A stretch of DNA of 59,100 nucleotides, the filler included, from Bipalium vagum (Eukaryota): NCBI GenBank assembly GCA_037834085.1. It is 3 parts of 3 records of this genome, joined end to end, with 100 filler letters (N's around TTAATTAATTAA, not from the genome) between each part and the next. Parts side by side here need not be neighbours in the genome. Positions count along the whole stretch, not along the records: positions 19,957 to 41,408 come from JBBMKC010237347.1; positions 41,509 to 59,100 come from JBBMKC010060367.1; 1 more part is not named here. The stretch is one strand, 5' to 3'. How positions within the stretch are numbered: position 1 is the stretch's first letter; each line of letters starts with the position of its first letter. The position numbers and the translations under genes are program-made. The notes beneath the pieces were generated by a model. It did not search any database and had not been told where the DNA came from. It saw only the letters and a list, made by a program, of their open reading frames with translations. Below are positions 37,671-51,720 of the stretch, one piece after another.

Positions 37671-38806
37671 TTAAAAAGTCTTCTTAAAATCTAACAAAAA
37701 TAGCTATTTAAAACAACGTCTAACTCATTTGATGAAATTAAAAAATCCATTGTTATGGTATTTTGGAGATAGTGTAATGTTACAATAACAATAATTCAAA
37801 GAACTTTTAATATCATATTTAATATTTTTATGTTTATAAAAATTATTTCGACTTGGTTATATTAATGATATTTGTCAGGACTTTATTAATTTTCTTAAAA
37901 TATTACTTTTAAATTTAATATTCATAATAATAATATTATTATTATTAATAATAAAAATAATAATAATATTATTATTTTACTCCATTTATCATGATCTAGA
38001 TTCCATCTTCACATACACATACCGATGTTTTTGATCTTAATTAAAAATCAATTCATTTTATTTAAGCAGGATGGAAAATTAATTACTCTTTAATTTATAA
38101 GATTGAGCTTTGGTAAGCGAAATAGATGAATCAAAGCCGTTTCAGCAGTTTAGTCAGAAAATTTCATAATATTATGAAATGATCCATATTAATTTAGAAA
38201 AATATTCAATAATATAATGACGAATGTCTTGATCCAGTCTGATAAATTAATTGGGAAATTTATGATTCTGTTTATTGAGTTGCCGTAATTAAGATTTTTT
38301 CCTTCTTATTTTCTGTCAGATCCAATTTTATTCAATGAATATCGTTGCAATGGTATCCATATCGAAATTCATGGCAATATTTTCCAAGTTTATATGTGGC
38401 GATCTGCTTAATTAAATTGGATCTTTAGTTTTTCATTTCCCATTATTAAATTAAAACAACAATAAAAAACCAGTCGATTATTATAGCTCCAATTAAATTT
38501 CAGGCCGTATGGGAATCATTAATTATTTTAATAATCAAAAATGATTATACAGGATGTTTATTAAATCATTATCTATTCAAACTTTATTTATTTATTTATT
38601 ATGATGACTTGATGCTATACAGATGAAGAAAAGTTAAGTTTTTTCTTTGGAAAATTGTGCTGAAAGTAACAGAACCAAATTTTATTTCCTGAATTTTTAT
38701 AAAATGTTTAAAATGTTTTTTAAAAGTTAAAGAAAGATTTAAAAATGTTTGTTATTTTGTTACATTTTTCCAAGCTGACCAAATCAATATTTTTATGATT
38801 AGAAAA

Positions 38807-39018
38807 ANNNNNNNNNNNNNNNNNNNNNNNNNNNNNNNNNNNNNNNNNNNNNNNNNNNNNNNNNNNNNNNNNNNNNNNNNNNNNNNNNNNNNNNNNNNNN
38901 NNNNNNNNNNNNNNNNNNNNNNNNNNNNNNNNNNNNNNNNNNNNNNNNNNNNNNNNNNNNNNNNNNNNNNNNNNNNNNNNNNNNNNNNNNNNNNNNNNNN
39001 NNNNNNNNNNNNNNNNNN
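38807..39018. other. Assembly gap
   Basis: N run. Confidence 0.99.
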
Positions 39019-39732
39019 CATTATAAATATAAATATTAATATTATTATCGATTATAATAATTATAATACTAATTTGTTTCCTTGTAGTAAATATTACAAA
39101 ACAAGGATTATAAATTGAAGTATTTGAGGGTTACCAAATAATTATTAATTGTTTAAATGGTGATTAAAGTAATTTTATATATGTAATTCCAAGATTTATG
39201 TGGTAATACAATTGAAGTCTTCGGAGATTTATATTCTCAAGGCTTATAATAATTACTGAATATTATATAAATATATAAATATTGAGAAATTATTTTGTTT
39301 TATGATTTTTGAAAATATAAATAAGTCAATTTAATAAAATTTGAAAGAAATTTATTAACCATATGAAAACTTAAAAGATCATAAAATCTCGTAACAGATA
39401 AATATTTAAAAAAATTAAAAAGAAATACGAGTTATTATATATAATAACTCACATTCCTTATTAATGGGAAATTTTAATTAAAAAAAATGTTTAAAAGGTT
39501 AATAAAACACTCAAATAATTATTGAGAAATTGTGTATTTTTATTTAAAATTTTATAAAATATTTATAATGTAATTATTATAAAAATGTATAACAGTAAAG
39601 AAATTAAATAAATATTCATATTTATAAATAAAATTTAATAAATAAATTTAATATTAATAATGAAGAAATCATAAGAAGAAAATAATTTTTTAAAACTTAG
39701 AGGCTTTAAATCTCTTACTAATAATAAATTAC

Positions 39733-39776
<44 letters not shown>

Positions 39777-39984
39777 TAATAAATATTCTGTTTTTTCTGA
39801 CTTTTAATAAAGTATGTCTACTAAAATTTCATAATAATGTAATATCAAAATAAAAGTAGTAATAAATGTAGTTGTTACTTAACCTGTGCTCTTTATAGAT
39901 TCAATTGAACTATATTTCCTTTTTAGTATATCGAAATTATATTATAAGTAAAGTAGAAGTATTAAGAAAATGAAGAAATGCATT

Positions 39985-40480
39985 TCTGGCGTTTAATAGA
40001 TTTATTGATTTCGGTTGAATAAAAGTCATTGGTTCTTGAGATCACGAACTCATGTAAGACTGTTTCGGCATTGTCTCGGTTCTTAAAGAACATGTTGAAA
40101 GGGAAGTTGTCCAGGTGCCTAAAAAAGAATCTATTCACGACAACTCTGGTGAGTATGGGAATGAATCAAAATTTCGTATCCTAAATCACAAAAGTTTTAT
40201 AAAGTTGTTTGTGCAACATATGGCCGTGCGATATCTTGCAAAATAATTGAACCATGTCTATTAATCAGTGTTGAAGAAGAAAGTTTCAGGTTTTTGTTTA
40301 TTTTAGTTTTTATTTGAGGGTGAGTTCCTCTGTTATTTATCTGGTGGTTTTTGATGGTTCTACTTTGATTATCTTCTTTAGCTGGTCATTGTAAATGTCA
40401 AATAAAAAAGCCACTGCCTTCGTGACATTCAAGGGTCTCATCTCCATGATGACAACGTTCATACTCGTACAAGAAAATTG
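39985..40480 (-). mobile_element. Internally deleted mariner relic
   Basis: GDETLECHEGSG..NDQLKKIIKVEPSKTTR then IILQDIARPYVAQTTL*..LGYEILIH/PYSPELS. Confidence 0.8.
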
Positions 40481-40915
40481 TTCTAATATAATAATTGAAC
40501 TCTTTTCCATGTTTTTGTTAAATCATATAGGAAGATTATAATTAATAATCATTAAAAATTATTATAAAAATTTAATACAATTAATTGTTAATCATTCGAT
40601 AAATAAAAAATTTCAGATATTTGGTTCGTCAGTAATTATTACTTATCAGAATTAAATAATTATTTTAATTAAAATAATTATTCTGTTATCAATTATATTT
40701 ATTTGACGTCACCATTTTATTTCCAATTATATATTATTAAACAAACGTGACCAAGAGAATTGAAGGAAAAAATTGATTCCACAATTGGGGGATTGATTTC
40801 ATTTAATGTTAATTTATTGAAATTGAAAAAGTCATTAAAGTAAATTAAAATAAAAAATAACTTAGAAAAAAAGTTAAACATTAAAATTATTAAAAATTAT
40901 TTAATTACTTAACAA

Positions 40916-40917
<2 letters not shown>

Positions 40918-40996
<79 letters not shown>
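40918..40996. repeat. (AAT)n microsatellite
   Basis: Trinucleotide run. Confidence 0.97.
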
Positions 40997-41324
40997 GTTC
41001 AAAGTTTAAGACTTAAATATTTAGCTATTAAGCTGTTATTAAAACTTTTTTATTAATTGATGAAGATATCTTAATTAAATCTTAATTCAGAACTACTTGT
41101 CCATAAATGAATTTACTGAGTCCCTAAAAAAACAATATTACTTGTAAGACAAATACAAATTTTTGTTCTTTTTATTTCTACTAAAGATTTTTACCCTTTG
41201 TCTTAGACCATTAGCAGAAACATTTTTCAAATTAAAATTTCGAAAATGTGCATCTTTACATTAACGTAGGTATGATATTTTGTCGAATATATATAATTAT
41301 TAAAAATAATAATTTATTAAAATA

Positions 41325-41408
41325 TTAGGTTGGTGCAAAAGTAATGCAATTTTTAAAGTAAACAAAATTTATTCATAAAATTAAACGATAACTGTTCAAT
41401 CAAAAACA
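41325..41408 (+). mobile_element. Mariner left TIR cut by a gap
   Basis: TA-TTAGGTTGGTGCAAAAGTAATGC, close to the Hsmar1/cecropia-type TIR. Confidence 0.7.
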
Positions 41409-41508
41409 NNNNNNNNNNNNNNNNNNNNNNNNNNNNNNNNNNNNNNNNNNNNTTAATTAATTAANNNNNNNNNNNNNNNNNNNNNNNNNNNNNNNNNNNN
41501 NNNNNNNN
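41409..41508. other. 100-bp scaffolding spacer (44N-TTAATTAATTAA-44N)
   Basis: Same linker as 19857-19956. Confidence 0.95.
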
Positions 41509-41904
41509 TTAAATACCTTTTTAAAATTTATTATTTTACTTTTGGAAATATTTATATTTTATTACAAAATGAAGAATTATCATAAATCCCAATCACTTAC
41601 ATTATTTATTTGATATTTTAATTTATTAGCATAATAATATTAGAAAAAAAATCTTTTATATTAGAATCCTCTTTGTATTACATAAAATACTTTTAAGTTC
41701 TATTTTGATCATGGACACATTCACGACATAAAGAAAATAACTTTTAGATAACTCTTTGTGCTTTACTTTTATTAAAATAAACAGTACTGTCAGAAAATGA
41801 AATAATTTATATATAGAACAACATATCCTTTTTTCACAAACAATTATAAGCTAATTGTCATTAATAAAATCCATTGTAAATTCAACATTAATAATAATAA
41901 ATTA

Positions 41905-41956
<52 letters not shown>

Positions 41957-42129
41957 TTGTAAATAAGACATTTTTAGAACAATTTTTTGAAAAAAGGTTT
42001 TATATTTTTCATTAGTAAAATTTTGATGTCTGCTTTCCTTTTAAATTATATTTTTTTACTTTTTGTAAAAGTAAAGTATAAAAATGATATTTAAAATTAT
42101 TTGATGACCTTTTTAATCAAATTAGGCAT

Positions 42130-43110
42130 TGATTTTACTAAGTTCTCCATAACTTTGGAGCTGATTTCCTTCCAACATAATATAACACCGATCTTGAAGT
42201 TTTTAACAGAGTTAAATTACTTTTGATATATATTTAATTATTCTTCATGAATTATACCTCAACCTGATAGTATATATTTTTCCTGTCAAAATCCCTCAAA
42301 GATTTTCCATTGGATTACAATCTCCACTGTACGAAGGCTACTCCATGACAGGTATTTTCATGCGTGAAAACCATTCTTTAGATACTTTGGAAACACGGAT
42401 CGATCCATTGTCATGCTGAAAGGTGAAATTTATGGAGTCGCCTTTGTTAAGATGATTTACCAAAACATCTTTCATGAGTTATTCATTGAAGATTTCATAC
42501 AAGTGGAAATTGAAAATATACGAAGTGCAGAGTGAGATGAAAATGCTCCCCATGTCATTGGACCACCTCCATCAAAATTACGCTATAATCTAGTGATATT
42601 GTTGTCTGATAAATCATGCCAATAACAGCTATAACAATCAGAACCATCCAAATTGAATTTCTTTTCATCGAGTAAAATGATATCTTCCCGTTTCTTCTTC
42701 CAATGCATATTGTATTTTGCTAATATGAGATGGTTGACAATATGCATCGTTGATAAACGCAATTTACCTAAAATTTTCACCCATTGCGCATAAAGCGTTG
42801 ATCGTAAAATCTTACACACATGCTGTTTCGTTATCCAAAGTTTCAATTTATCAAAAAATGTTTGGATTTCAAATCATTTTTGGTGACTTCTAATACGATC
42901 TTTTCTCAAGAATGAAAGTTTCGTATTATTTCTATTTTTTATACCTAACACCATATCTCTCACCTGCTTTTGATGAAGTTTCGTATTACTCCTTCACTAG
43001 CTAACAGGAAATTGGAAACATCATTTGCATTCAATGAAATAATGATAACACGTTCTGTCGATGTAAATCGATTTTCTTTTTGACACTATTACTACTTATT
43101 ACATTGTTTA
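42130..43110 (-). mobile_element. Tc3-like Tc1 element relic
   Basis: IILLDEKKFNLDGSDCYSCYWHDL; RNFDGGGPMTWGAF; FQHDNGSI. Confidence 0.85.
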
Positions 43111-43779
43111 TATTAAAATTTACTGAAATATTTTAAAATACACACTCTACGTAAACATAGAAAACATGAACTAAAATATGAAGATTTAAAATGTTAACCC
43201 CAATATTCTTTGATTCATCACAAAATTTTCAATATTTTTGATTTCTTTCAATCGTTTGTGAAGAAAAAGTATTGTGTTTTTAATTCTAATAATGATATTT
43301 GTTCAAAAGTACTTCCTCGTATAAACGAATAATCCACATTGTATAAGATAAATTTATTAGTTTAAAGATGATTCTTTTCCATGACAAATTATATGCTTGT
43401 CAAATGAAATATAATGCTAAAAATCAACAAAGCATAATTCAAACACTCATTACATTACCCCAAATGACTTATTTTCCTACCCAATGAATTTTGCAAAGAT
43501 CGAAATACATGATAATATATAGGTAGGATTAAGCTCATCCTAATCACAGTTCAATATTCTTTCTCCTTTGAACAAAGCTTAATTCTGATCAGTCAACTTT
43601 AGAGCGATATCATTATTATTTATTAATATTTGGTCATGTCGAAATACCTGTGAAAATGTTAGTTCATATCAGATTACATCTATATTTTAAAGAAAAATAA
43701 ATTAACGAAACTCAGAAATAAAAGTTTTACATGTTGAGTTAGCGAAGCTTTTTGAAGCAGATATAATTTAATACAAGAA

Positions 43780-44330
43780 AACGTCTATATAATCTCCTTG
43801 GAATAATGCTGGAGAGAGCTCACACTCAATTTAATTAATAATATTTTTAACAAATCCTGACAAGAAAAAGTAGCGAATTGCAACTAAATGAAAGAAAAAT
43901 AATGAAATAAGAAGAAAATAGTGATATCTTCAAATGGCAATTAAATAACAGAAAAATGTAAGCTAATATTTGATTCAATTAAAAACCAAGAGATGGAGAG
44001 ATTGAAATAAAATTGAGATAATTGAACTGATCATGCATTCTGAACCGAAAATACTTAGCAGAGTCGCAAAGAAAATGATTAAGATTATGAGCCCATGATC
44101 ATTTAGGTTAAATGGGAATTGAAAGAACTCTAACGAAAACTTTCACCACATTAATAAACAGACTGTAAAACAATTAATGGAATTCAATTAAGCATGGGCT
44201 TAATACAGCTCAAGCAAATAGCCTTTGACAGGTAATCGTACTTGTAACAAGATCAGGAAGAAATTGATGGTTAAAAGCAGAGGGACTTAAAGGAAAAAAA
44301 AGGTTTTCAAACTAGAGTAATTGAAATAAA
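43780..44330 (+). mobile_element. Possible non-LTR retrotransposon RT C-terminal relic
   Basis: Degenerate W.L..T.EKCKLI ... KYL motifs only. Confidence 0.3.
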
Positions 44331-44649
44331 AAAATAAAACATGTGACAAAAAATAATAAAAGGACATGAATTACGATATATCAAAATAAATATTAAAATA
44401 AAAATAAATGAAAAAAAATCCTAAGGAAATAAAATACTTTTAAAAAATATTTTAATTTAATTTTAAAGAAATTATTTTTTAATTTAGTTTTTTTTAATGA
44501 ATTTGCAACGAAAACTGACTTTTCTCTTGTCAAACAAATCAATGTTACTTTTTCTTTAATATTTTTCACCTGAATTCTTAATATTCCTTTAGATTTAAGT
44601 TGTACGATTTTTAGGTATTTATATAATATATTTTAATATAATTGTTTTC

Positions 44650-45240
44650 AGAATTCCAGCTTGAACGGACAAGTCTAGAGAACGAATTTTTGAGGGACGT
44701 ACGTCAACGTCCGTTTCAACCACTAATATTGAGTGAACTGATTGAAAGCGATTGACATATCACATGGTGCAATTGAGTCATTCATTGGTATTGGCATGAA
44801 AGAAATAGAAATCATTTTCACGATCACCTGAAAATGTACAGATGATATGCAGAACTCATTGAACGCATTGGATCCCAAAAAAAGAATGCCTTGTTAAATG
44901 ATGCCGAAATATACTACTGAAAATTAACACAGGTAGTACAAAGTTAATTCACAATATCGTTCCTAGTGATGAAACGAAGCTGAATGTATGAAACTAATCC
45001 AATGTTTGTGTATTTAAAGGTGAATCCAAACCAACAGAATTTCTTCGGTGTTGCAGTTCAGCAAAGAAAATGATTTTTTATTTCTTCGGTTTAAAAGGAC
45101 ATGGTAACAATAACTAGATAATTAAAGAACTGTCAATGAAGAATGTATACAACAGATTTTTTATCATAGGTAATTTCCAAAATAATAGAGAAAAATTGAA
45201 GCCGGCAGATTATTCTTCAAAATGACAACGCAAAGGTAGT
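44650..45240 (+). mobile_element. Mariner (irritans-like) relic
   Basis: EFQLERTSLENE; HNIVPSDET; SAKKMIFYFFGLKGH; IILQNDNA. Confidence 0.78.
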
Positions 45241-47116
45241 CACTAAAATGTAGAATTAAAAACTACAAAAAATACTAAAAAAAATTTACAGTAAGTTTTT
45301 TGAGTGTCATTTCTGAAAATAATTTGATAATAACTATTGATATATTTATCTTACTTCTATATATCATTTAAACGATTTTTATTTGCTTAAAAAGTTAAAA
45401 TAAGTCACTTAAACAATTTTTATATTACATTAAAGTTTTAAAAAGGTCCCATTTTTTATTTATAGGGTGCTAGTGGCCCATTTTCACCTCACTTATCAGC
45501 CTGTTACTACAATTATGTGGTGTGTGTTCTTCGTCACCTAAATAAGCTATTGTAAAATCATTGTAAAAAATGAGGTTTTAATATAAAAACTACCAATCTC
45601 AGAATGAAAATGACCAGAAAATCTGTTCGACCGCAAGCCTAAGTTAGTTGACTTTAAAGATGATTATTTTGCAAAAAATATTTTGGGTTGGTTTGTATTT
45701 GCCAAGTATTAGAAATCGTATCTAAAAATTTTAGTTTTGTTTGAAATTTTCCAATTAAACAGTATTATTTACTGAATTGGTTCTTTGATGATAACAGGAT
45801 GTAACATACATGTTTATATGCTTAATTTTACGTTTTTTAGTAAAAAAAGATTAGGCTGACCAATATCTTTGGTATACAAAAGAATAAAAATTCAATATTG
45901 AAAAAAATCGATTTGAAATTTTATTTACTTTGTAATTTAAACAAAGAATTTCATTTAAATTATTTTTTTTATAAATTAGTATATTATCCATTATTACATT
46001 TTGATAACAAAAAAAAGAAAAATAAAAAAATATTGAAACTATAAATTTCAAATAATTTAAAAATTATAAACTTCTTTTTTCATCATCGATTATTAATTAT
46101 TTTATAATTTTAATCCTAAGAAAGACTTGTTTTAAACAATTAAGTAATAATCGTGCAAAATGTAAATTAAAGTTTCCTTTACATTGGTACTGAATCCCAA
46201 GAGAAAAACGAATTAATAATTACTCTTTTTCATTCTACTAAACTTTTATGCAAAGTTTTGTTCAAAGGAAAGTAGTGAAAACAATAGAAAATAATAATAA
46301 TAATTAAAATTAAAATTCCATAAATAAATAAAGAATTAATAATTAGAGATACTTATACTTTAAAATGTAGTCCAACGACACAAAACCAATGGGTCGTAAG
46401 ACGAGAAAACAAGACGTCCCAAGTATAAATAATATAAAATAAAAAATTGAACGGCTAATATTATGGTAAACAGAATAGTAATGATACAATATAATATTAA
46501 TCTGTCTATTTCTACTGGTAGAATAACATTGTTATGAAATAATACAGAGCATTTCAATAGATTAAATATTTATAAATTAAAAAATTCAAGAGAAAACAAC
46601 GTCCTGTCTATGAAGACCATTTAATTTACAACATATTCACATTTAATATTTAATATTATTCAATGATTGGGTTTATTTTATTTTATTTTTATTAACTGAA
46701 CATATACACGTTCATTAAAACAAAATAAATCAAATAAATTAATTATAAGTAACTTTAATAATTAAATTAATTTTTATTTTCAGAATAAATGAAATGAAAA
46801 TATTTTGATTTACTCAGTTTCAGAAGTTTTTTTTTACTTAAGCTCGAGATTGTTTTCATTCATTCCTTAACAGAAACTTTCTCAAAAATGATTAAGTCGT
46901 TATCTGGGAATGCAATTTATGAGAACAATTTTACGACCACTTAGGGCTCATTAGTGTTATCAGAACTTCTTTAGGATCTTTCACATTTTAAAATCAAAAT
47001 CAAATTTTATAAATAAAATTTTATTTTGTACAGAAAAACATCAAAAAAAAATACAAGACTTATGTTAATCTTGTATATTTTAAGGTATTTTTCAATTTAT
47101 ATATATACGTATAAAC

Positions 47117-47630
47117 AGGGTGACCAGAAAAAAGTGATAACTAATTTAATTTTGTTTTACAAAGCTAATTTTAGTTTTTTTCTAGGTAAAATTTGAATTA
47201 TGTTTATTTCGTTGATGATGAATTTGAAAATAATTTTCAGATTAAAATTATTACTAGTTATCAATGACTACACAGCAAGAAAGGATTGTTGTCTTACACG
47301 AACAAGGATTTCGCAATTTTGTTATTGCAAAAAGGCTCTGAATGGCTGTCCAAACGCTATGAAGATCTTGAAAAATTGGAAGACGTCCAGGAAGCGGCAG
47401 AAAGAGAACAGTTAATACTAGTCAAAATCGAAAAATCATCAAAAGACGTCTTCAACATAATCCAAAGAGTTCAATGCAAAAGACAGCTCGTAAGACAGGA
47501 ATTAAGGATGAATCTGCCATACTAATTGCTAAAAATGAGCTTAAATACAAGCCTTACAAGATCCAAAAAGTTCAGTTTCTGACGGAGAAAAATAAGTTCA
47601 AAAGACTTCAAAGGTGTAGTAAACTGTATA
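47117..47630 (+). mobile_element. maT/DD37D-like 5' fragment
   Basis: CAGGGTGACCAGAAAAAAGTG TIR-like end; AKNELKYKPYKIQKVQFLTEKNKFKRLQRCSKL. Confidence 0.72.
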
Positions 47631-49351
47631 TATACTCCGATAAATACTTTTTATGATGTTAATAATATTAACAACAATAATTAATAATAATTTTATTATT
47701 ATTTTTTTAACTTTTCATTGATCTACTTTGTAATATCGACTATTTTATTTCGAATTTACTTCAAACATTGACTTCACTATTTAAAAGTTTAGCTTTCTCC
47801 AACTTTATGCACACATAAATCCTCCTGTTAAATAATTTCTTTCCTGAGTTAAGTTGCCTATCCATCTCAGGCCTTAACCGAATTTTAGTAACTTAGCATC
47901 TAATACAATATTTATTTAAATTTATTTTTATTGTACACATGGTTTAATTATTTTAAATTTTTATTTCACAGAAAAATAAAATCTAATATGAAACAGACGA
48001 AAAGTAAAAGAAGTTCTTACAGAACATTGATTATAGTAGTGTCAGATTTAAATAACATAGGTTGGATTGTTTTTATTTAAATCTTTATATTTTGGGTTTC
48101 TAAAAAGAAATAAAATGAATTCAATCAGTAAACGTTTTTTGAAAAGTTAAAAATAAAAAAAATTGGCTCAAATTATTATAATTATTAAATAAAGATGGAA
48201 ACGAAATAAAAAAAATCGTTACTTTTAATGCAATTCTATTACATTTTTATGATCACGATAGTTTTTCTGCAAGAATCTCAATGAGAATATTTTGAGTACT
48301 GTTTTTCTGAATGCAATTTGTCATTTCGCTATTGTGAATATCTTTCCTTATTTTATAAAAAAATTTATAATTTAAATAATTTAAATAGTATGATGAAAAC
48401 TATCACTACAAAGACAAAATATATTTCCAATTTAAAGGAATTATGTTTTTGTTTGAGTGTGTGAATCATTATTAATTAAAAATTGAAATGAGAAATTACT
48501 TCACAAAATGGACAAAGCAGAAATCAATGGATGATTAATGTTTTTTTAAATTAATGTTTTGTAAAATTGCAATTTTCAATAAAAGATTTTAATTTATTTT
48601 GGAATTTCTACAACATTCATATTTTTAAAAAAAATTATTTTATCCAATTAAAATAAAGAGATTTTTTTAAAAATTTGAGAGCGATATCGCTCGAAGATAT
48701 TTAAGAAGAATATTAAAATTGAATTAAGGTCTGAATGAAAAAATTGAAACTTGTATCAAAATAATAAAATTTTGTTTTTTAAATAACATGTTTTGAAAAA
48801 CAAAAAATTATTATTCACTAGACTGAGATATATATATTATTATATTATATTATATAATGTATTCAAGAATTATTACAATTAAGATCTCTGTATAAATTAT
48901 GTATATAATCACAAAAAACAAAATATTTAAGTTTTATCAACAAGTAAAACAAAATTAACTGTAAAAAACAAAGTTACTAAATTTCTCAAATCTAAAATAT
49001 CTACTTTAATTCTTTTTTAATTATTATGAAAATAAATTTAAATATCTAAAAATATAATTGTTTAGAAAAATTTCCATTGAAATAAGCCAAAAATAATTAA
49101 AATTATTTTACTATATACATTATTAGTTTTAATTATATTATATCATAATAAAATTTAATGAAAAATTATTTAAAGCACGCACAATTAATAATAATAATAA
49201 TAAATAATAATACTTATGATTATTATTAAATATGAAAAACATACAAATAAAGTCAAAAGCTATATTTCAATCAAATTATGCCATTACAATTCTCAATAAT
49301 AATACATATAATTTATTTATTAAAAGAGCGTAAAATTATTTTTAACTTATA

Positions 49352-49652
49352 TTAATAAAAATGGTCAGATAGAAATAATAAAAATAAAAGAGCCAATAAT
49401 AAAATAAGTGGATTTTTATATTCTTTATGTGAACACAATCGAGAGTTTTTGTCCAGCGAGACTTGCCGTAAGGAGCTTGTAATCTTTTCATCTGGCTGAT
49501 GGTTAACGCTCTCAACCGGTTTCGTTTCAATTCTGTATTCACAGTTTAAAGGTAAAGTTTCTCGGAAATAGTTGATGAGTAGCTCGACGGCATTAGGAGA
49601 GCAGCCCTTTGTTAGTATTTGACGTAGACAATCCAATTTAAGTTTCAGACCC
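49352..49652 (-). CDS. Terminal exon of a cysteine-rich, probably GPI-anchored protein
   Basis: Acceptor aaaatAG|G GGT CTG (phase 2); GLKLKLDCLRQILTKGCSPNAVELLINYFRETLPLNCEY...PLILLLALLFLLFLSDHFY*; AATAAA ~30 nt after the stop. Confidence 0.82.
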
Positions 49653-49663
49653 CTATTTTACAT

Positions 49664-49669
49664 ATAATA

Positions 49670-49720
<51 letters not shown>
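49664..49720. repeat. (AAT)n microsatellite
   Basis: Trinucleotide run next to the acceptor. Confidence 0.95.
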
Positions 49721-50199
49721 GCCATTCAGAAATACTTTTTATTATTTTATTACACATATTTTTTATTCCCATGTAGTTTCATTAGCGATAATTGAAAATG
49801 AGATAAAAATAATTGAATGAATTATTTGTTAATTACAATTATTTTTAATGGTTTGCTTTAATGGTTTTAATCTAGACTCTACAGGCATGATATTATGGGA
49901 AATTTTTATATATTTTGTTACACTATATTACCGTGTGTTAAAAATTTCAATAATAAAAATCGAAAATTGAAAAATATTTTTTTGGAAAAATGCAAAAAAG
50001 TCCATTGAGAGATAAGCAATAATATTTACAAAATCCCTTTTTGATTCTATCTTAAAAATTCGCTACGTTGAGACAAATTTGCATATGAATGAGGCAATAT
50101 TTAAATTATAATGAGATTACCAAGAAATATTCTTAAGAATTTTTTTGGGGGGTATTTATTACTTCATAAAATACGCACTGTTCATTTAGATAATTTTTT

Positions 50200-50945
50200 A
50201 ATCACGAATTCATTGATAAATATTAGGCTTGTTCGTAGAAAGTCAGTATGCTATCCAAACCAATACTTTTTCTTCATATTTGGACTTTAGTTGATGTTTA
50301 ACATGATCCAGAGTGGTTTTCACTTCATTAGAATAACAGTGGCGATTTCCAGCTGGTGTACTGTTGGATAACGTAAATAAGATTCATCATTTAAAATAAA
50401 AATAATTTTTTTAGGTATTGCAAAGATTTCGGCTTTTAGGCCTCATTTGTTTCAGCTGTATTGGTGCTCGTTTTGGTTTTGTACTTTTCTTAAAACATTG
50501 CATTTCTTTATGTTTCTTTAATATAAATGAAACGTAGGACTGAGAACGTTTCATAGTTTTCGCAACTGATTTTTGACCACAGGTATAGTTCAATCTTCTT
50601 TCTAACAATTTCAGGTTGGATTTCGTCGCAATTTTGGATTGACAACCTCTTCCTTTTTTCTTTCACCATTTTCAGCACATGATATTAGCCGGTAAACAGT
50701 TGGTTTTGGTATGTCTTCATCAATGAAATGCCTAACAATAAAGTTTTTCTCTAAACGTATGTTTTATTGTAGATATTTAGAATACGATTCTTGAGAGTCA
50801 TTTCTGAAAATGTAAATAATTTAATAATACTGATATGTTTATCTTACTTCTTTTTATCATTTTGGTTTGCTTAATAAATTAAAGTCATTTAAGCAATCTG
50901 TATGTTTAAGTTTTTAAAATGTTGCATCTTTCACTTAAATCGTGT
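50200..50945 (-). mobile_element. Tc1-superfamily (DD37E-like) 5' half
   Basis: FIVRHFIDEDIPKPTVYR HTH; FILNDESY/TLSNSTPAGNRHCYS...KSKYEEKVLVWIA. Confidence 0.78.
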
Positions 50946-51239
50946 TACTTGCTCGAACTCTTTCTTAAAAAATAAATCATAAAAGATTCATTTTTCAAAG
51001 TAATGCCTATCATTACCAAATGGTTTCATTGATCTAAGGGAAAACTGGTGAATTACTATATTAAAAACCGTTTGAAGGTATTCTAAAAAGTTAGAGGACA
51101 CCTGCCATCAAAATTTCTCAAATATTTCTGGCACTCCTGTTGTGCCATATGTTTGGGTGTTTCATGCACAAACTAATTTGGCCTAACTAGTCTCAAAAGT
51201 AAAATATATTTGTAAACAATATATTGTCCCTTGTAATCG

Positions 51240-51720
51240 TTTCATGTAACCGGGATCTTATTTTCATGTTTTTTGGCTTTGGTGAGACGGTGACCATTTT
51301 CATTTGTTTTCCTGCAGTTAGAGCTGCTGAAGTAAATTAAGTTTTGTATCCGTAACAACTTGATATAGAAAATTTTTCATAAATCTGTCAAAGCCTCTTT
51401 TATCTTTCAAGATACTAAATTCCATTTCTTGCAATAGATACCTGTATGTTTCAAAGGTCGACTTATTGATGTTCGATAAAAATTTAATGATTTAACGGGA
51501 TCATCTTGATTTTGGAACGGATCTTTATTCACATTTTTTCCATGATTTGAATACTTTTGGTCTTCTACCGAAAAGTATCTCTTCTGAAGCGTTTAAACCA
51601 TCTTTTACAAGTTACTTTTTATTGAGAATTGTTTTGGTAGGCATCACAAGTAATCCGTGAGTTTCTGCATCAGATATTTTCTTGTTAAAGTGGATAAACC
51701 TTATTTCGAGCAATAAGGTA
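51240..51720 (-). mobile_element. Mariner-like N-terminal relic
   Basis: WFKRFRRD..VED HTH motif. Confidence 0.45.

Noticed and set aside
38752-39118. Two ORFs of X residues
   Set aside because: They span an N gap
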